NCBI GenBank assembly: GCA_963765895.1
Contig: CAVXZB010000024.1
Location: forward strand, 64,001-128,000
Reading direction: 5' to 3'
DNA: 64,000 nt
Source of the DNA: an uncultured Nitrososphaeraceae archaeon
Lineage (GTDB): Archaea > Thermoproteota > Nitrososphaeria > Nitrososphaerales > Nitrososphaeraceae
The position numbers were made by a program, and so were the translations under genes. The notes under the pieces are model-generated. The model searched no databases. It was not told where the DNA came from and saw only the letters and a list, made by a program, of their open reading frames with translations. Shown piece by piece: positions 22,291 through 33,821 of the stretch; positions within the stretch are counted from its first letter, which is position 1, and every line of letters begins with the position of its first letter.

Positions 22291-23106
22291 ATGGAAAGAG
22301 TAGCGCTCGAAAAAGATTTGAAGTACATTGATGATAATGGTAATTTGTTAAGGAGTAGAACCGAATTATCCATTTCTAAATTGCTTTCTATTCTGGGTCA
22401 CGAATACCTATACAATTTCGAGCTAGCATTGGATGGTGATACCAAAGTCAATATCGACTTCAAGGCTGGCGAAAAATATCTAGAAATAGTTGAATCTGAT
22501 ATTGATTTGGAAAAATTCAACCTAGTTAGGAGTCTTAGACCAGATTTGAATATTGTAGCTGTGGGTCAATCGAAATACGCAGCGAAAGTAAGTGAACTAG
22601 ATTCCTTCTTCTTTTACGATTCGAACAATAATCAAACAAGCTCTATTTTCGTTGAGGATCCTTCATTGGCCTTCGATTACGCTCACATATTACCCATGGT
22701 GGAAAAGTGCTCAATCTTACACGGTCATACATCAACAGTTATGGTAGAAATAATCGGCAGGATGGTCAGTAACCTTGTAATTGATTTTGCTGAAGCAAAA
22801 AAAATTATAAAAGAGACGCTCGAAGCTCTAGACCACAAGTTCTTTATTAGTAGGAAATATCTTGAGAAGACAGATGGTACTCACTACTTGGTCTCATTTG
22901 CTGGACCCAAGGGTGAATTTAGATTGCAGGTTCCGAAAGAGACAACTTTTCTCCTTGATGGAGAAGCCACTGTAGAAACACTGTCGACAGAGATTATTCG
23001 ACTCATGGCACCTAAGATGCCACGAAATATTGAAGCACTGGGAGTATATGTGTACGAGGGAGTGAACAAGGGGGCTCACATAATCTCGGAAATAAAGAAG
23101 CAATAA
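22291..23106 (+). CDS. queD: 6-carboxytetrahydropterin synthase QueD with an N-terminal PD-(D/E)xK-like extension
   Basis: C-terminal part has FDYAH...CSILHGHT, VIDFAEAK, LDHKF, ATVETLS and VYEG; operonic with queC. Confidence 0.85.
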   Translation: MERVALEKDLKYIDDNGNLLRSRTELSISKLLSILGHEYLYNFELALDGDTKVNIDFKAGEKYLEIVESDIDLEKFNLVRSLRPDLNIVAVGQSKYAAKVSELDSFFFYDSNNNQTSSIFVEDPSLAFDYAHILPMVEKCSILHGHTSTVMVEIIGRMVSNLVIDFAEAKKIIKETLEALDHKFFISRKYLEKTDGTHYLVSFAGPKGEFRLQVPKETTFLLDGEATVETLSTEIIRLMAPKMPRNIEALGVYVYEGVNKGAHIISEIKKQ

Positions 23107-23109
23107 ATT

Positions 23110-23763
23110 ATGATCAAGCAAAGAGCTCTAGTTCTGCTTTCTGGAGGACTAGACTCTGCAACATGTCTGTATTGGGCAAAAAAAAGGTTCTCTATTGTTT
23201 ACGCAATAACTTTTAATTACAAAGATAGAGGAAAGCGTGAAAAAAATGCAGCCCTAAGAATAGCTAACGAGGCTAATATCAGAAATTTAATAGAATTGGA
23301 CGTCCCATTCATGAGAGAAAATTTTCATACGCATTCTGATACTCTGGCGAACAATTCTGATTCACGATGGTCGGCATACATTCCCGCTAGAAATCTGATG
23401 TTTTACTCAATTGCGCTCTATTATGCTGAAAACCTAAGTATAAGCTCGATAGTTGGTGGGCATAACCGCCATGATGGACATTTCTTCAGAGATGCAACGC
23501 AGAGCTACTTGCAAAAATTGACGAGGCTTTTCAGAGAAGGTTCTAAGATGCAGGGAAGACGATCAACTAATATAGTTCTTCCGTTGGGTAGTATGTACAG
23601 AAAGAGAATAATCATTCTTGCTGTAAAATTAGGAGTTCCCATAAAATTAACATGGAGTTGTCATAAAAATGGTAACACGCATTGTGGGAGCTGCTATGCG
23701 TGTATCGAAAGACTACAATCCTTTAAATCGTTAGGAATAGAGGACCCGGTTTTCTCTTCTTAG
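23110..23763 (+). CDS. queC: 7-cyano-7-deazaguanine synthase
   Basis: LVLLSGGLDS, YIPARNL and TWSC...HCGSCYAC..R. Confidence 0.95.
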   Translation: MIKQRALVLLSGGLDSATCLYWAKKRFSIVYAITFNYKDRGKREKNAALRIANEANIRNLIELDVPFMRENFHTHSDTLANNSDSRWSAYIPARNLMFYSIALYYAENLSISSIVGGHNRHDGHFFRDATQSYLQKLTRLFREGSKMQGRRSTNIVLPLGSMYRKRIIILAVKLGVPIKLTWSCHKNGNTHCGSCYACIERLQSFKSLGIEDPVFSS

Positions 23764-23799
23764 TCATGCGATATACCAATAAACGGCTATCCAAATCAA

Positions 23800-24780
23800 T
23801 TACTTCAAAATGAACTGATTTGAATCTGTTACATAGTCAGAGATAACTTTAGTTATACGAGCAACGGCATTATTGATTTCGCTACTATTTATAGTGCCTG
23901 TAAAAAATTCCGGCCTTCCTCCTCCTCTGGCCGTAGGTACCACCTCACGAAATAATTTTACACAATCAAATGGTAGAGACGAAGATCTGGCGAAGACAAT
24001 TCTCGCAAGATCCTGTTCATAAGTCTTCGACTTGTTAGCGATCATAACTATAGTATTCTTACATTTAATTTTTTGTGACGCGTACGAATTGATTTCTTTA
24101 TCTAGCAATCCTGAGAAAATTCCATTAATAATATAAATATGACTATTATTAGTTATCTCAGTATTCGGAATAAGGGTGTGAAGCTTTTCTTTTGTTAGAA
24201 ATTTCAGGTTTTCGAGATACATTTTATTCTCTTTCTTTAATTTTTTTATAGTGCTTTCGATTGTATTTTCATTTGCTCCTAGTTCACTGCTAATTTTAGC
24301 AAGTTTTAAGGACAATTTTAGTGCTGTATCTCTCGCCTCCATATCTACGACAAAATTTATTTCATATTCCTTGCCTATCTTTGAAACATTTGTTACCAAG
24401 AACAAACCACACTGATTCATATCTTTTGCATGTTCTCTTCTGCAAGCCGCAACGTCATGCCCTTCGACTTCAACAACTCTTATTAATTCATCTTCCCTTA
24501 ATCGTGATTCGTTTGCTCTAATCAATGGAAATTGCTTCTTTGCATCTGTCAATGACGAAAATGTGTATGTTAGGACTCTCCTTCCGTTTACAATTAGGAG
24601 GTTAACCTCAGATTGAGCCCTTGCAATTAACTGACTGTCTAGATAGTTAGCATCAATAAATACAATGCTATCTTTCTCCCTATGTTCTACTTTTCTTACA
24701 CTTAGCGTCACGCCAATTAGTTTCTGAAGAGACCCTACGAAAGCATGTTCGGCGGTATGAGCTAATTCAGTGTGCACCAT
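23800..24780 (-). CDS. Alanyl-tRNA editing-domain (AlaX-like) protein with C-terminal DHHA1-like domain
   Basis: HTAEH (HxxxH), IRVVEVEGHDVAACRREH (CxxxH) and a C-terminal GGGR motif. Confidence 0.8.
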   Translation of the reverse strand: MVHTELAHTAEHAFVGSLQKLIGVTLSVRKVEHREKDSIVFIDANYLDSQLIARAQSEVNLLIVNGRRVLTYTFSSLTDAKKQFPLIRANESRLREDELIRVVEVEGHDVAACRREHAKDMNQCGLFLVTNVSKIGKEYEINFVVDMEARDTALKLSLKLAKISSELGANENTIESTIKKLKKENKMYLENLKFLTKEKLHTLIPNTEITNNSHIYIINGIFSGLLDKEINSYASQKIKCKNTIVMIANKSKTYEQDLARIVFARSSSLPFDCVKLFREVVPTARGGGRPEFFTGTINSSEINNAVARITKVISDYVTDSNQFILK

Positions 24781-25443
24781 TGTTCAAATAAGTCAAGTGA
24801 TATATATAGTAGACAGCACGGCACGTCATAATAAGCCCAAGGTTTCAATCTCTCTATTATCTGAAATTTGACTTTCCTTTCCAGCTTCGCTGACAGTTGG
24901 ATTATTCATAGAGGCTAGCTCATATTTCTATGAATTAATTGCTTGGGATTCTGAGTGGCTTGCTAACCATACAGATTTTGTGGTTGCAGCTAAAATTAAA
25001 AACTAATCCTTTAACTATTGTGTGTTAACTAATATTGTAATCTGACTACCTATAGACATACTCGTTTGAATCCTCTATGAGGCTCATATTGTTACTGTAA
25101 GAGTGAATGTTATATCATCCTGTGATAAGCTATCGATTCAGTTTGGTTGCAGATATTCCGATTATACACCTAAGCTCCGATTGATTTTAGACTTCAATTC
25201 GAGAATAAAACATTTTAGAACTAATATTACCATTTAAGCATCTTAAGCATTAGCAAGGCGGTTACCCAATAGTTTGAATCTCTGTCCTCGGGACCATATT
25301 AACATTAACGATGCTGTTGTGGTTTGAAAAATTATAATAAGTAGATATGTTCACGTTTCAGTCCGTGTTATATTGTACTTGTAGTTATGACATCTCCTTA
25401 AACATCATATTTGTAATATTTAGAGCTTCAATGTATGTCTTGA

Positions 25444-25650
25444 TGGACTTACCTCTCTAATTGTGGTCGAGGTAATGAAATAAATGATATATTCTCTGCT
25501 CAGGAAGGTGGCGAATCGTATTCTAAGGACCTACCAGACTCTGAGATACAAAGGTATAATTCAGACCACTTTCCTGTGGAAGGTTGTTTCGATGAGATCG
25601 CTACTAAAATCCACAGATTCTATCTTGAGAGAGAGAAAAAGCCCACTTGA
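25444..25650 (+). pseudogene. C-terminal remnant of an alpha/beta hydrolase
   Basis: Manual frame reads ...NDIFSAQEGGESYSKDLPDSEIQRYNSDHFPVEGCFDEIATKIHRFY. This resembles the ND...AYKRDLP.AE...GHF..E...EIA..I..F tail of epoxide-hydrolase-like enzymes. No N-terminal part is visible. Confidence 0.55.
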
Positions 25651-26399
25651 TAGGAATCAAGCAGAAATAACATTAAACACCAACTTATGAGGACAATTTT
25701 TATCCAGCATAGGAATTTCTTTGCTGAACTAGATTTATGTAATTGTATAGATCGAGCTTTTTACTTAATTCTCGGCCCGGTCGCATAACTGTTGATAGAC
25801 TTTTTCAAATTATAACTAATTTATCTCAGCCGTAAGTCTTTCGTATTCAAGTTTGATCCTGTGAAGATAGTTCATCTTATGTTTTCAATAGATTGTGATG
25901 TATGAATCAGTATGCCTAGCGGGGTTCGTTAGGATTCTGTTCGTGCATGTAAAGGCGTTCAGTGGTTTTGCCTCTTTAGCTTTTCCAATATATCGTCGAA
26001 AAAACATATTTCTTAATTTTGTTTGGCCTTTCTATAATGATATTGCACTGCATAGATGCTGAATTCCGAACTGAAGTGAAAATAACTTTATTTCTCTCAG
26101 TATTGTTCTCAGCCGATAGTTACCATCATGAGAATAACTAAAAAGAGTAACCCTTTAATGCTTCTAGAAGAAATACATTATAACAATGGCTGAATCATCT
26201 GGTATTATAGTAGCGTACTGAATAAGAAAAACAGCAAAAATAGTTTATGTAGTTACCTATTTGTAAGACGTATATCCCGGTATAAGACAATCATTATAAT
26301 TACAGGATTTTCTCTCTTGTTTAGTATTTTAGGTTTGAAAGGGATAGATGTGCATAGAGAAGTGTTAGCTCGCTACGTCTGATATCAATAGCGTGACTA

Positions 26400-27202
26400 A
26401 TGAGTCAAAGAGTATACAAAAAATAATTTCTTACTTATTACAAAAAAATCCTGGCAGAGAACCTTGAGAATCATATTCAAAAATCAGGAGCCATTTTAGA
26501 AGTAACAAGCAAACTGCCTCAGGTAAGAAATGTGCCTTATGTCCATTTTCTTAATCGAAGACCAAATACATCATATAGAATACCTCAATATGTAGATATA
26601 GAGAAGAGACAGGTAGATAAGAATATATTATCAGGCAACAGTGATTTTCAATTAGTTACTCTTACTATGCCTAATGGAGACCTATACTTCGAGGAGACAT
26701 ATTCGAGACAACAGATATCTACAATAACCAATCTTGGATTTCGAGACTACTTCAAGAGAGTAACTAGAGCAATTGATATTTATCAAGGAGTATTCTCCTT
26801 CTGCATACTCAGGCCAGATTCACTCTTTAATAGCGGTTCCTGTATATTCTGTAAAGGATAATTCCGCTATTGCTGGGTATGGGCTGGCGGTATTGATTTT
26901 GGTATTTTAGATAAAGAATTTCAATCGCTCAATATCACATCTTCATTGGATGGTATTAATACACGTGTTGTTTATCTAGGACACGATGGACAGAAAATAG
27001 CAGATTTTAATATAAATAAAAGACTCCAGGATCTTTTGTTACTCTAAATAGTTTTAAGAATGCTATAAATGGACGGTCTGGGTCAGCAATAGATACAGTA
27101 AATAATACAAATATGCTGGTAACGTATGAGTCAATTAAGGCATTTCATAATATTTGGGTTATTCTATCGGTGCGATCAATAGTACCACCATCGCTACATT
27201 GA
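26400..27202 (+). pseudogene. Degraded Cache-domain (extracytoplasmic sensor) protein gene
   Basis: Fragments in several frames: LEVTSKLPQVRN, MPNGDLYFEETYSRQ...FRDYFK, IAVPVYS...GVWAGGIDF, RVVYLGHDGQKIAD and SFKNAINGRSGS...TYESIKAFHNIWVIL. Multiple frameshifts. Confidence 0.65.
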
Positions 27203-27429
27203 TCAATCAACATTTTTCATTCCTTAATCATACTTTTCGAAATGCTAGTTGTTGTATATTTTGTGTAAAAATGAAATTTGTATATTTTGCAGCACAGACG
27301 CTCAGATTAACTTAATCTAGCCTAAATATCTACTTAACTCATACTTTCCTAACCAGGTGTAGTCACTATCAGAATTCTCTAAGAAACCTCAAAATTCATT
27401 ACACTTTTTACTTACAACATGTATGACTT

Positions 27430-27867
27430 ATGTTAATGACATCTGATTTGACTTGTGTGTTCTGTAAAATTATCAAAGGCCAAATTCCCGCAAGAATCCT
27501 AAATCAAGATGACCTTGCAGTTGCTATGCTAGATGCATTTCCGTTAGCCGGCGGACATACTTTAGTTGTTCCCAAAATTCATTATTCTAAGATTCAAGAC
27601 ATGGATCGTGATTCTTCAGTCTCAGTTTTTTCATTGGTTAGAAAAATATCTGCAGCCCTCGAGAAGGCTGTCAATGTAAATTCAGCCACTATTGCTATTC
27701 ATAATGGTAAAGATGCTGGGCAAGAGATACCACATCTCCATGTTCACATCATACCAAGGACTAAGGAAGACGGGGCCGGACCTGTCCATTCAATGTTTGA
27801 AAACAGACCAAAATTAAATACTGAACAATTTGATTTAATATATAGGAATATTAAAAATGAACTATAA
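27430..27867 (+). CDS. HIT family hydrolase
   Basis: CVFCKII, P...GHTLVVPK.H and AGQEIPHLHVHIIPR. Confidence 0.95.
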   Translation: MLMTSDLTCVFCKIIKGQIPARILNQDDLAVAMLDAFPLAGGHTLVVPKIHYSKIQDMDRDSSVSVFSLVRKISAALEKAVNVNSATIAIHNGKDAGQEIPHLHVHIIPRTKEDGAGPVHSMFENRPKLNTEQFDLIYRNIKNEL

Positions 27868-28011
27868 CAGATTTTGATCGTGTTTGTAATATAAATAAAT
27901 GAAATTTAACAAACAATCTGGTCTGACAATCGCTATCAACTCGCGAGTCATTTCCAGACCAATGATAACTTAGGGCCTTCAAACAGCAGGAGCCTTATGA
28001 GCCAAGTTAGC

Positions 28012-28317
28012 TCACTTGCCAGACACCTTCTCGCTCTCGAATCCAAAATAACAGGAATGGCACATGTCCTTACCATAAATTATACCTCTATTTCCGCATT
28101 TGCTGCAAAGTTTGTCCTGATCTATGGTTGAGTCTAATGACTTGGCCTTCTGAAGACATTTACCACAGATTGGTGCTTCCAAGTTAAAGCTAGACAGAAA
28201 ACCTGACCCGCATTGGAAACACTTCAAACTATACATCTGACCCTTAGGTTTCCAACGCCTAAATATATTTATCATCCTATCTATCAGAATCCCACTTTTT
28301 TCATTTTTGAACCACAT
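28012..28317 (-). CDS. Small Cys-rich Zn-finger protein (start uncertain, probably downstream of 28317)
   Basis: Four CxxC pairs: CFQC, CGKC, CSKC and CHSC. Confidence 0.6.
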   Translation of the reverse strand: MWFKNEKSGILIDRMINIFRRWKPKGQMYSLKCFQCGSGFLSSFNLEAPICGKCLQKAKSLDSTIDQDKLCSKCGNRGIIYGKDMCHSCYFGFESEKVSGK

Positions 28318-28619
28318 TTAGGACATTCTATGTCTTTGTGTTGAGTCCCACAACTCATACAATAATACTTTAAAGAGTCATTCTGCGTTATCTCTGAATC
28401 TAGGATTCCTAGTTTCCCGTAGCCTTCCATATTCATTTTTTGCATAACTCTCCTCCTCATGTAAAGGTTTAGAACTATGAATACGCCTATAATGGTCACT
28501 AATGAAACGGGAAAAGGAAGAAGAATCGAAATTGTAATGCTAATTCCTAAGGATATTCCTAGCCAGAGCAACTGATTAGCCAGAAACTGTTTATTATTGT
28601 ATCCGTCGCCCATTTTCAA
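28284..28619 (-). CDS. Two-TM membrane protein with C-terminal Zn ribbon
   Basis: Hydrophobic N-terminal half, then YYCMSCG...CPKCGSKMK. Confidence 0.8.
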   Translation of the reverse strand: MKMGDGYNNKQFLANQLLWLGISLGISITISILLPFPVSLVTIIGVFIVLNLYMRRRVMQKMNMEGYGKLGILDSEITQNDSLKYYCMSCGTQHKDIECPKCGSKMKKVGF

Positions 28620-28699
28620 TATTTCCTACACCTGTTGTTATGCTTCTGAAAGTGCAATAAACCTCTCATAAGTATATAGGATAAGGCAATTAATAAATT

Positions 28700-28717
28700 T
28701 AACTGACCAATCGGTCA
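28700..28717. promoter_or_regulatory. Candidate TetR operator copy
   Basis: TAACTGACCAATCGGTCA, 15/18 identical to the palindrome at 40729-40746. Confidence 0.55.
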
Positions 28718-29000
28718 TTTTGAGTTCATCTCATTTTTTGTTAATAATGATCCCACTAATGATCCTCGGAAGTTTGAATCTTGATCCAATTCGAACAGGC
28801 TGCTAAAATATTTGGCTAGAGAATATTCAAACCGTGTTCATATCCAAAAAATATAATAGGCCTGCTCAATTGCAGAATGCAGCTCTCTGCAGATTATATG
28901 CTATAAGAATTCCTATTTCTCCTACCTATCTATATAAAATATTCTAAATTCCAAAATTTATTTGCAATAGCTAGCCTAAGTACCATCATTAATAATATAT

Positions 29001-29018
29001 ATACTGACTTGTCTATTT
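29001..29018 (+). promoter_or_regulatory. Candidate TetR operator copy immediately downstream of a TATA box
   Basis: AATATAT followed by ATACTGACTTGTCTATTT, 12/18 to the reverse complement of the 40729 site; 13 nt before the start at 29032. Confidence 0.4.
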
Positions 29019-29031
29019 GTAATAGAGCAAA

Positions 29032-29394
29032 TTGGCAACAAATTGTACTATATGCGGCTCGAGATTTGGTAATATTACTTGTGGCTACTGTACTAATTCA
29101 GTATGTTCTTCTTGCCTAGTTCAAGATAAAACCAAATGTATAAAATGCAGTAGAGTAAGAAAACCGCCGTATAAGTTCCTTAAACGTAACCTGCCGTTCA
29201 TTTTGCTTTTTGCTGCTCTCTGGTTTTTTACTTCGGGATTCTACCCGTTCCCATTTTACCTCGCAGTCGGAAAACATATAGACATGACAATCATGCAGCC
29301 AATCTTGATTGCAACAACATTAATGGCAATTCCCTTTGTATTTCTGATGGTAGCATGGAAGAAAAAACCTCCTACCTCGACGTCTGGAAGATGA
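29032..29394 (+). CDS. Cys-rich Zn-finger plus two-TM membrane protein
   Basis: CTIC, CGYC, CSSC and CIKC followed by two hydrophobic helices. Confidence 0.75.
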   Translation: MATNCTICGSRFGNITCGYCTNSVCSSCLVQDKTKCIKCSRVRKPPYKFLKRNLPFILLFAALWFFTSGFYPFPFYLAVGKHIDMTIMQPILIATTLMAIPFVFLMVAWKKKPPTSTSGR

Positions 29395-29751
29395 TGAATG
29401 ATAAAAACATACTCTGAATCTTTATCAATTCAAAGCATCTAATAATCGGTGCAAGTACAAATCTGAATAAATCTCAGCCAACTCAATTTTGGGCTTCCTA
29501 AAAAAGATCTATCAGAATGGCCATGATTTATTGGTATAAATCACGGAGGCAACGATTTGTTATTATTAGTTTCGACGTGTGAGAGATCGATTATAATAAT
29601 TGTAGTAATTGATGTGAACCTCGACCTAAACGGAATTTTCGATACCTATTATACAGCAAACGTAAACTTCTCGATCATAATTAATACATATTGATAGTAA
29701 CGGAGCATTGAATCGACGTAATCAATAGCAAGAATTGTTTACTCTAAGATT

Positions 29752-29979
29752 TCATAGCCATTGTTCTCTGTCTACTTTTCTTTTTTTTGGACCATTTACT
29801 AACTTTAGTGCTTCGTGAACAATGATCTTTGCGACATGAACTTCTATACCTAACAGTTTAGAAATTTCGCCTGGAGAATACTTAATAATTGATCTTGCAG
29901 TAGTAAAGCCAGAATTAGTGAGAAGATCTTTCAAACCCTCGGCTATCCCTAATTGCTGGACGCCGGCCTCATCAGCCAT
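29752..29979 (-). CDS. Small helix-hairpin-helix domain protein (RadA N-terminal-like)
   Basis: LGIAEGLKDLLTNSGFTT...EISKLLGI...AKIIV.EA. Confidence 0.7.
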   Translation of the reverse strand: MADEAGVQQLGIAEGLKDLLTNSGFTTARSIIKYSPGEISKLLGIEVHVAKIIVHEALKLVNGPKKRKVDREQWL

Positions 29980-30286
29980 TGCTAGACAACGTTAGAACTA
30001 CGTACTATATATTAATTTTATGATCATAAGAACGTGATAATCTTATGACGTATTAGATTTTCGGCAATAAGCAGTAGGTCAACCTAACCTTGTTCGGAGT
30101 CGTGTTACTCTAAAAGGAATTGGTAACAGATGTTGTAAGCTAGAAAATATCCAAAAATACATCTGACTCTGTGGGCCGAGAGTTTTAACAGTCATATCTT
30201 ATGATTTCACTTTAGGATTAAATCAAATAAACTGACACTAACTTTCGTTATCGTGAAAATCTGATGACTTTAAACTGTCTTCTGTT

Positions 30287-31733
30287 CTACGACATTCCTA
30301 GAAATGAAAGAAATTTTTTTCCTAAATGCGGTCGCATAATCGAAGGTATTACTGAAATAAGCATTAGAATAGCAGAAATGAAAAATATGAGATGTAATGA
30401 GTCCATGAATTTGGGAACAAACATAAATCCTGTGGCGTCTATTGGCGTAGAAGATCCAGTAAAGATATTTTGAACTGTGTGTAATGGCATAACTTGAGTA
30501 AATATTAAGAATACCATACCAATACTGAATGCACTGCCAATCATAACCAATGTAGTGCTAATCGCAACGGCAACTCCCCTTCTATGAGAAGGAACCGAAC
30601 TCATAATTGTAGCACGATTTGGTGAGGCGAAGATTCCCATACCTGCTCCTACCAAGATTAGCGGAACTATAGAAGAAGAGTAAGATGTAGTTGGTCCGAT
30701 TCTAGTCAGCATAAGGAAACCTATTGCTGAGGCAAGAAGACCCAGAGGTATGAAGATTCTAGATTTTGATCTATCATATAACCATCCCGTTATAGGTGCA
30801 AAAATTGCTAGCGATACTGATACTGGTATCAAATAAATGCCTGCCTCGAGTGGACTAAGGTTCATTGATGATCCTTGGAGATAGAATGCCATAACCAAGG
30901 TGAATGCTCCTCTGGCCAGGGCGTTAAGAAATATGGCAAGGTTTCCGCCAGTAAAAAGCTTGATTCTAAATAATGAAAAATCAAACATAGGTCTTAATTC
31001 ATGTTTCTCAACAAAATAAAATATTATGAGTAAAATAAAACCCAATATGATTATAAAATAGTTTTCGATAGAATTGAATATTTGAAAAGAGGCAAACGTT
31101 ATTCCAATCAATAAAAAAAGTAGTCCTGATGCCAATGTGACGTTACCTTGCCAATCTACTTTCTCTCTTCTTATGGTTCCAGATTCGCGTAGTTTCAAAT
31201 AAGCCCATATAGTCGCAAACGCACCTATGGGTATATTTATCCAAAAAATTGATCGCCATCCTAAATATGAAGTCAAGAATCCTCCAAGAGTAAGTCCTAT
31301 CACAGAACCGATAACAATTGATACCTGATTGAGTCCCAAAGCTCTACCTCTTTCATTTTCTGGGAACGTATCTGTGAGTATTGCGGCACTATTGGAAAAT
31401 AGAAATGCTGCCCCTAAAGCCTGAACAATTCTAAATACGATCAATTGCTCACCGGTGTATGATATACTACATAATGCGGAGCCTACCGTAAAAAGTACGA
31501 AACCAACGTTATATAGCCTAACCCTTCCAAACATGTCTGCCAATCTACCGAAATTTAACAGTACCTGAAGCAGTCACAACCCAATATCCGAGAGCTATCC
31601 ACACCAATGTTATCAGCGAAGCATGTAGCATGGATGCTATGGTCGGTAGAGCTATGACAACAATATTTCTGTCTAGTGATGCCATGAGTGTGCCAATAGT
31701 TGTATTGCTAAGTGCAATCCACTTGTACTGCAA
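30287..31733 (-). CDS. MFS transporter, DHA2/EmrB-QacA type; apparent +1 indel near 31564
   Basis: N-terminal ORF (MASLDRNIVVIALPTI) joins the 418-aa ORF through LLNFGRLADMFGR; ERGRALG and WRSIFWINIPIG motifs. Confidence 0.9.
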
Positions 31734-32218
31734 GGTTTTAACTCTATTCTTTCGCTCGACAGATATCCCGCTTTGTCATTGTTGCTTTAACATTAATCCC
31801 CAAAATAATTGCCTGGCTTCCAATTATCAGATCTTTATGAAAGCTGCCGAAATAAACCATACAACACGGATTTACCTGTTTCCAGGCACATATATATTTT
31901 CTAGTCTCGCAGTCCTTTGTAACAAGTACCTTATGTCTGATTTAAACTATGCAATTAAGTCAAGAGATATGAATTAGACCCTGTTTGCTGTACCGAAGGA
32001 AGGTTCCGTTAATGCAATGCTATTCGCATCTGGTTTAAATGACAGTACTTCGTAAATTGTATCAAGATCTCAACTTTGTATGAATGTACTGCTTCACTAT
32101 CCAGTTTTGGTCAGGTTATACCTGGAAATTAGCTCGAAAATTTATCAGGATATAATGCGATTCAATTTTAGAATTAAAAAAATATCTTGTACCTCTGGTA
32201 AGAGGTTATGAAAAATCA

Positions 32219-32236
32219 TAACGAACCAGTCAGTAT
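32219..32236 (-). promoter_or_regulatory. Candidate TetR operator copy adjacent to a minus-strand TATA box
   Basis: TAACGAACCAGTCAGTAT, 14/18 to the 40729 site; the minus strand reads AATATATACTGACTGGTTCG. Confidence 0.5.
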
Positions 32237-33062
32237 ATATTCGAAATTGCACTGTGACGATGATATGAAATAAGAAGTAATAGACCCATGTTTTTCATTT
32301 TTGACAAGTTCCTGACTGGTATTGCAAGGATTGGAAACTTATACCGTGCAGGATCAATGCTGATCAATTTAGATTGTCAAATGTACCTCATTCCATCTTA
32401 ATTGGGGTATCATGGGGATGAATCTGATAAAGATGTCGCAGGTATGCCTATAGGACTAAATTTTTATCATCTAAACCGAAATGGAATTTAGTTATTTGTT
32501 GAATTCTCTCTTTCATCATTTTCCCAGTCACGCAGTTAAGAGCTTAACCACTGTCTCTAGTCCTCCAATACGATAGTTAGGAATATATGATTTTGGTAAA
32601 ATTGATACTATGCCCGACAACTGAATTTGTATCGTGGCAATAGCTTGGGTAATTATGGTTAAGATCTAGTTACAACATTAGAGCAAATCAGTAGATTATT
32701 ACAGGCAGTGACATTGCTGAGTGGAAAGTGTCTCGAACCGTACTATGCTAGGGCATCAGTTATAAGGAAAGAGGATGCTATAACAAAGAACGCAACTAGC
32801 ATGACTATTACTGTGATCATTTTTGGGCTCCAATTTGCCTGAGCCGATGCATGAGGCTATCTCTGACACTTGCCAAAAAGAAGGCTAACTCTTCCATTAA
32901 CCAAAAATCGAAGTTTGACTTATTGAATGCACTGACTGACTGTTTGTCCAAAATCACGCTATTATCTACCTTGCTTAGTTATAGCGGACACTTTATGGTC
33001 TTCAAATATACCAGTACCCTGCATATTAATAACCCAGGTGTTCCAAGTTGCTATGACATCTT

Positions 33063-33191
33063 TCATTTTCTCGATCCTTCTGTCTGTTTGAGCAGCTTGT
33101 TAATTATATCATCGTAAGTATCTCCTTTAATTCCTCTTAGGCGCAGCCTATTTCTTGTTTCAGTCTCAATGAGTATGGTTGTCTTAACCAT
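33063..33191 (-). CDS. 42-aa ribbon-helix-helix (antitoxin/CopG-like) protein, not in the ORF track
   Basis: MVKTTILIETETRNRLRLRGIKGDTYDDIINKLLKQTEGSRK*; the TTI...TR..L...G.KG.TYDDII..LL pattern is typical of archaeal RHH proteins. TATA upstream. Confidence 0.75.
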   Translation of the reverse strand: MVKTTILIETETRNRLRLRGIKGDTYDDIINKLLKQTEGSRK

Positions 33192-33821
33192 TTTGTATAC
33201 GTGGATATTCTATGTATATATATGCATTACTATATATTCATGTATGAAGCAGATATTAACAATAAGCTTAGTAAGGTAGTAAGAGATGGATATATCAAGT
33301 AGACAAGGTGGGGAGAGATACTCCCATATATTATTACTTTTTAGAAACTTGCCGTAGCGATGGCAAAAGTAAAGAAAACATTGGGATTATATAAAAATGT
33401 AAGACTGACCAAACACCAATAATTGAATAGATTGTTGGCTAACCAGAGGAAGCCTAGAACCTAGTGCCAAAAGCTGCAAGCACAGAAAAGTTTCTTCCAA
33501 ATATAACAACAAAGAATCAAAGGGCATTTCGCCTGAACTTGAATTCATAATTCATAATTCATAGTTTAATTGATGAGTCAGGGGACTCAAAGCGGCAATA
33601 TGACGAAGCAAAAAGTTGTGTTTATTAGATAGCTTGAAAATGGCACGATTTGCAGTGGCGAAATAATAAAGATTCTGCTTAGATTATCACGATATTAGGA
33701 AATTCCGTACATTTATTATATGATGAATCCTCCAACTTTAGGAACTAATCAATTTAAGAAGCTCATTAGTAGGGAACAATAAATATAGCTGATCCATGTT
33801 GTAAAAATCATTGTGGCAAAT

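Noticed and set aside
15300-23763. Dpd-type 7-deazaguanine DNA-modification island
   Set aside because: No dpdA/TGT-like gene in the window; queC/D/E are expected in archaea for archaeosine and sit among core genes.
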